From positions 1-28,027 of the IMG/VR virus record IMGVR_UViG_3300033076_000038: DNA of 28,027 nt; one strand, written 5' to 3'. Made by a program: the position numbers and the translations under genes. Shown piece after piece: positions 26,961-28,027 of this stretch. This DNA comes from a virus (taxonomy: Duplodnaviria; Caudoviricetes). Position 1 is the stretch's first letter. Each line of letters begins with the position of its first letter. A model generated the notes under the pieces. The model searched no databases. It was not told the origin of the DNA and saw nothing but the letters and a program-made list of their open reading frames with translations.

Positions 26961-28027
26961 TCACCCAATCAAGCCCGGTTTGCGACCCGGCGTTGTCGGC
27001 GCGGGCTTCTCAGGCTTCAGAGCGGCCTGCATGGCGATCTTCTCCATGTCGGCCTTCTGCATTGCCTTCTCATGATCCATCTCCAGCGCGCTCTGCTGGA
27101 GCTTCACCATCGCCAGCTTCTCACGGCTGTCGCGCTCCGCTGAACGGTTCTGGCCGTCAATGGTGATGTCTTTGTTATCGACCTCAAGCTGTTTCTGCTT
27201 CAGTCCAAGATCAACGCGGTCGTTCTGGGCCGCCATGAGCGCAGCCTGAGCATTCATCATGTCAGCCGGGTTCTGCGCATCCGGTCCCTTCTGGGCCTCT
27301 GCCATCGTCTTCTGGGCCTGTGCCTGCTTCAGGGCGGCGTCGGACTGGGTCTTGAGCGTATCGTTCGCCATCTTGTTCTTCTGGACTTCCATGCCCAGCA
27401 TGGACGCCATCGTCTGCGGCGACATCTCCCCGGTGTCCTTCTTGACGAACTCATCCGGGTTGTAGCCAATCGTGCGCAGAGCCTGACGGTTAACCGCCTG
27501 AAGGTCGTACATATCCGGTGCGGACTGGGCCAACTGGATCAGGGCCATCGTCTTCATCATGCGCTGGGTATGGCTGGCAGTGTTCGGGTCAGCCTGCGGC
27601 ACCAGATAATAGTTATCCAGAGCCTGACGGAAGGTCTGTTCATCCCACGGATAAGACGGCGCGTTGTTGCGCTGCCAGAAGCTCTCCGGGTTGTCTGCAA
27701 AACAACGCTTCAGAAGCTGGAACTCTTCCGCCTGAGCGGAATGCAGGCGCTTGTGTACCGAATTGAGTACCTTGGTAGCCTGATCAATCACCGCCAGTGT
27801 GGTGCCTACGGGCGCGTCCTGACGGCCTTCGCCAACGGCAAGCTCAGATGTGCCGCCCACGCGCTGGCCGTACTCAGCGATGTTCTGGGCAAGCGTCATA
27901 AGCGCGCCAGACGGCTCTTTGTAGGGCAGCGGCATGATGGCATCGCTGATCTTCATGCCGTTCCTCTTGCCGGTTGCAGAGCCGCCGGGAGGTACGCGGA
28001 AGATGTTTGTGTTCCGGCGCGCGCCCT
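26961..28027 (-). CDS. Portal protein (P22-like), C-terminal part, 5' end outside the window
   Basis: Frame stays open to the window edge (GARRNTNIFRVPPGG...); MPLPYKEPS, APVGTTLA, SVHKRLH.AQ..EF.LL, VPQADPN motifs; Gln/Ala-rich helical barrel at the C-terminus. Confidence 0.85.
   Translation of the reverse strand, partial: GARRNTNIFRVPPGGSATGKRNGMKISDAIMPLPYKEPSGALMTLAQNIAEYGQRVGGTSELAVGEGRQDAPVGTTLAVIDQATKVLNSVHKRLHSAQAEEFQLLKRCFADNPESFWQRNNAPSYPWDEQTFRQALDNYYLVPQADPNTASHTQRMMKTMALIQLAQSAPDMYDLQAVNRQALRTIGYNPDEFVKKDTGEMSPQTMASMLGMEVQKNKMANDTLKTQSDAALKQAQAQKTMAEAQKGPDAQNPADMMNAQAALMAAQNDRVDLGLKQKQLEVDNKDITIDGQNRSAERDSREKLAMVKLQQSALEMDHEKAMQKADMEKIAMQAALKPEKPAPTTPGRKPGLIG

Overview
This window is the morphogenesis/late region of a tailed dsDNA bacteriophage, with nearly all genes on the minus strand. 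It is probably podovirus-like: P22-like portal, no tape-measure or tail-tube gene visible. An alphaproteobacterial host is inferred, not shown. In transcription order (right to left) the genes are: portal (truncated by the window edge); three large mosaic or low-complexity proteins (1461, ~735, 811 aa); a counter-oriented 64-aa gene with its own sigma70 promoter; a 71-aa protein; GroES-like co-chaperonin; scaffold; a 197-aa protein; a decoration-type protein; Mu-gpT-like major capsid protein; several small basic proteins; a head-tail adaptor; a collagen/peptidase-S74 tail fibre; a GT4 glycosyltransferase; a holin-like/endolysin/spanin lysis cassette; a second adaptor; a tail stabilisation protein; and a partial GNAT-like gene. 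The most striking unexplained pattern is a short [F/Y/M/R/K]-x-x-G-G motif, often paired with an '(V/I)-D-x-A-L-x-(I/V/L)-A-R' helix. It recurs more than 20 times across five separate genes and falls at apparent module boundaries, suggesting a polyprotein processing or capsid-targeting tag system. Four intergenic regions also hold structured RNA candidates, two of them directly after the two paralogous GG-repeat genes. All family calls come from motif recognition by eye; no searches were run.
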